Source: Xylographa opegraphella (Eukaryota). Taken from it: DNA of 64,000 bases. The stretch lies in the NCBI GenBank assembly GCA_022813865.1, contig JALDZX010000004.1, positions 620,001 to 684,000 on the forward strand. The letters run 5' to 3'. Position numbers and translations under genes: made by a program. Position 1 is the first letter of the stretch. The number at the start of each line of letters is the position of its first letter. Shown here piece by piece: positions 61,833-64,000 of this stretch. The notes beneath the pieces were generated by a model. The model was not told where the DNA came from and made no database searches. It was given only the letters and a program-made list of their open reading frames with translations.

Positions 61833-63035
61833 ATGGAATCCGTAAAAGCCACTTCTCAGAAGATTGCTTCGGCGGTCAACGGGGCCCTGTCCAATGGCAC
61901 AAGCAGCGGCCAGACTGTTCTCATCACCGGTGCTTCCGGCTTCGTGGCGGCACATATCCTCAACGAGTTCCTCGATCACGGATACAGTGTTCGAGGTACG
62001 GTGCGTGGTGAAGAGACCGCTGCTAAGGTCCGAAAGACGCATGCCAAGTACGGGGATAAGCTATCTTTTGCCATTGTGAAAGATGTCGCCGAGCCGGGAG
62101 CTTTCGACGAGGCCGTCAAAGGCGTCGATGGCGTGCGCATCCTCCTATCCTTCTAAACCTCCGCGCCAGAAGCTAATGCTTGCTCAGGTCATCCATACAG
62201 CTTCGCCGTTCCAAATGTCTGTGACCGATAACGAGAAAGAACTGCTGCAACCAGCCGTACAAGGGACGAAGGGTGTTCTCAAGTCGATAAAAGCGTATAA
62301 TCCCTCGGTCCGACGCGTGGTCATTACATCTTCTTTCGCCTCTATAGTTGATGTGACAAAAGGTGATCGGCCGGAGCATACATACACAGAGAAGGATTGG
62401 AATCGTAAGCAGTCCTTCTCTATCGGCTTTCGATGCCAGAGCACTAATGTGCCGCAGCCGTGTCATACGAGGACGCCAAAACCGCAGATGGAGCCACGGC
62501 ATATTGTGCTAGTAAGACTTTTGCAGAAAAAGCGGCGTTCGAGTTCGTGGAGACCGAGAAGCCCTCGTTCAATATCAGCACTATCTGCCCTCCCATGGTT
62601 TATGGCCCGAATGCACACAGCGTCAGCAACCTAGCTCATCTCAACACTTCGTCGGCCGACATCTGGCGCTTGATGAACGGCACAGAGAAAGAGGTCCCGC
62701 CTACCAGCTTCTATGCTTTCGTGGACGTGAGAGACGTCGCGAAATCGCATCGCCTGGCGTACGAGAACCCTAAAGCGGCAGGGGAAAGATACTTCGTCAC
62801 TGGGGGTAGCTACAGCTACCAAGATATCTGCGACATTATCAGAGCCAATGTCCCGGAGGCCCGGAAGAGGACGCCTGAGGGAAAGCCCGGCAATGGGGTG
62901 GGCAAGCCTGTGTACAAAGTTGACAACTCCAAGGCGAAAACAGAATTTGGCATGACATTCCGTTCGTTGGAGGAGTGTATAATTGACACAGCAAACAACC
63001 TGTTGCAATTGGAAAGGACAACAGAGAAAGCGTGA
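61833..63035 (+). CDS. NAD(P)-dependent epimerase/dehydratase-family reductase (GRE2/aldehyde reductase II-like)
   Basis: VLITGASGFVA, VIHTASP, VVITSSFA, YCASK catalytic motif; two introns. Confidence 0.92.
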
Positions 63036-63540
63036 GCTGGTTCGAGCGATGTAATATATCAGACCAATTAGATTATAGAAGATCTGTAGAATAGAAATCC
63101 TTCATATGAATTTCATGCTACCAATAGCTGTCGTGATGGGTAGAAAGTTCGAAGTTGATTTTGTGCTGTGGTCTTATTCAGATAATACAACCAAAAGCCT
63201 GACCATAACGACTACACCCAAATGGTGAAGCATCACAGAACACTAATGAAAACGACAGGGGACAATCGCGCGTAGAGTTAGGGCAGAATGGTTGCTGTGG
63301 CAACCCTTGGCAGCCAAGCAATCGTAAGCTCAACATTGGCAAGTCGAACTTCGATCCTGAAAGCCGCAATAACTCCTGCTGGTGTCACAAGATAATACAA
63401 CCACTAAATAATTTGGAGTCCGGCCAGAAGCCTACAGCGAGAACAGTCACCTCGGCAGCACGAGTACGAAATTTTAAAAGTGCAGAGTTTGAGAACTTGC
63501 AGCTACCCATCAAACCTCGTGAGCGAATTCGGCAGGCGCA

Positions 63541-64000
63541 ATGCCTGGAACGGTGGCGGATGGGCCCACCGTTTCGCTTTCTTGTACGGCAAATGCTTTT
63601 GAACTGGGTTTTTCGAATACTAACAGTCCACTCGTAGTTACAAACAACTTCTGGGGCAAAGAAGATGCTGGGGTACAGCCCCTCCTGGAGCGCATGCATA
63701 ATGCGAAAGTCACTTCGGATGAATTGAAAGCTTTCTACAACTGTACGCTATTCCTTTGCGGTCACCAGTCATTTCAATACTAACTCACCCCAGCTCGAGC
63801 TGCCATCGAAGACGAATACGCGCGCAAGCTGCTGGGACTATGTCGCAAGCCATTAGGCTCATCCGAGGCGGGGTCCTTGAGAGCATCTCTGGATGTGATG
63901 CGTGGAGAAGTCGAGTCGATGGGCAAATCGCATCAAGCGATCGCTGGTCAGATGAAGAGCGAGCTGGAAGAGCCTCTGGCAGCTTTTGCCGGCGGAATGA
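63541..64000 (+). CDS. F-BAR septation protein Cdc15/Hof1/Imp2 family, 5' part
   Basis: MPGTVADGPTVSLS|FTNNFWGKEDAGV...|ARAAIEDEYARKL...ELEEPL; runs off the window. Confidence 0.9.

Noticed and set aside
63180..63403. AGATAATACAACCA occurring twice about 210 bp apart
   Set aside because: Only 14 bp, with no element structure between the copies

Overview
Gene-dense nuclear DNA from a filamentous ascomycete (Pezizomycotina, judged from short GT-AG introns with CTRAY-type branch sites and from the gene content). I can support about 25 intron-containing or intronless protein genes, mostly housekeeping: Aim21-like, TVP18, NTF2, a GNAT, a GPI-anchored protein, ETF-QO, dihydroneopterin aldolase, NDC80, PEX14, an FAD oxidase, TBP, OMS1, GDS1-like, an SR splicing factor, NOT1, an F-box protein, a GH16 Crh protein, seipin, an HMT1-like ABC transporter, a GRE2-like reductase and an F-BAR cdc15/HOF1 gene. 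There is also an intron-containing tRNA-Ser(AGA), two adjacent disabled genes, an AT-rich inverted-repeat element around an assembly gap and several short tandem repeats. The most interesting signals are not in the ORF track. (1) A double-guide box C/D snoRNA sits in an intron of an apparently non-coding spliced host transcript divergent from NTF2. (2) A long intron at the SWQ|DLKD junction of the SR protein gene has alternative acceptors that all introduce stops, suggesting AS-NMD autoregulation. (3) The ABC transporter has a PAM2-like motif in a long disordered tail. (4) An SRPK-like kinase pseudogene lies head-to-head with a small unnamed disabled gene. Family assignments and rRNA target sequences come from motif recognition and memory, not database searches; exon boundaries were read by eye.
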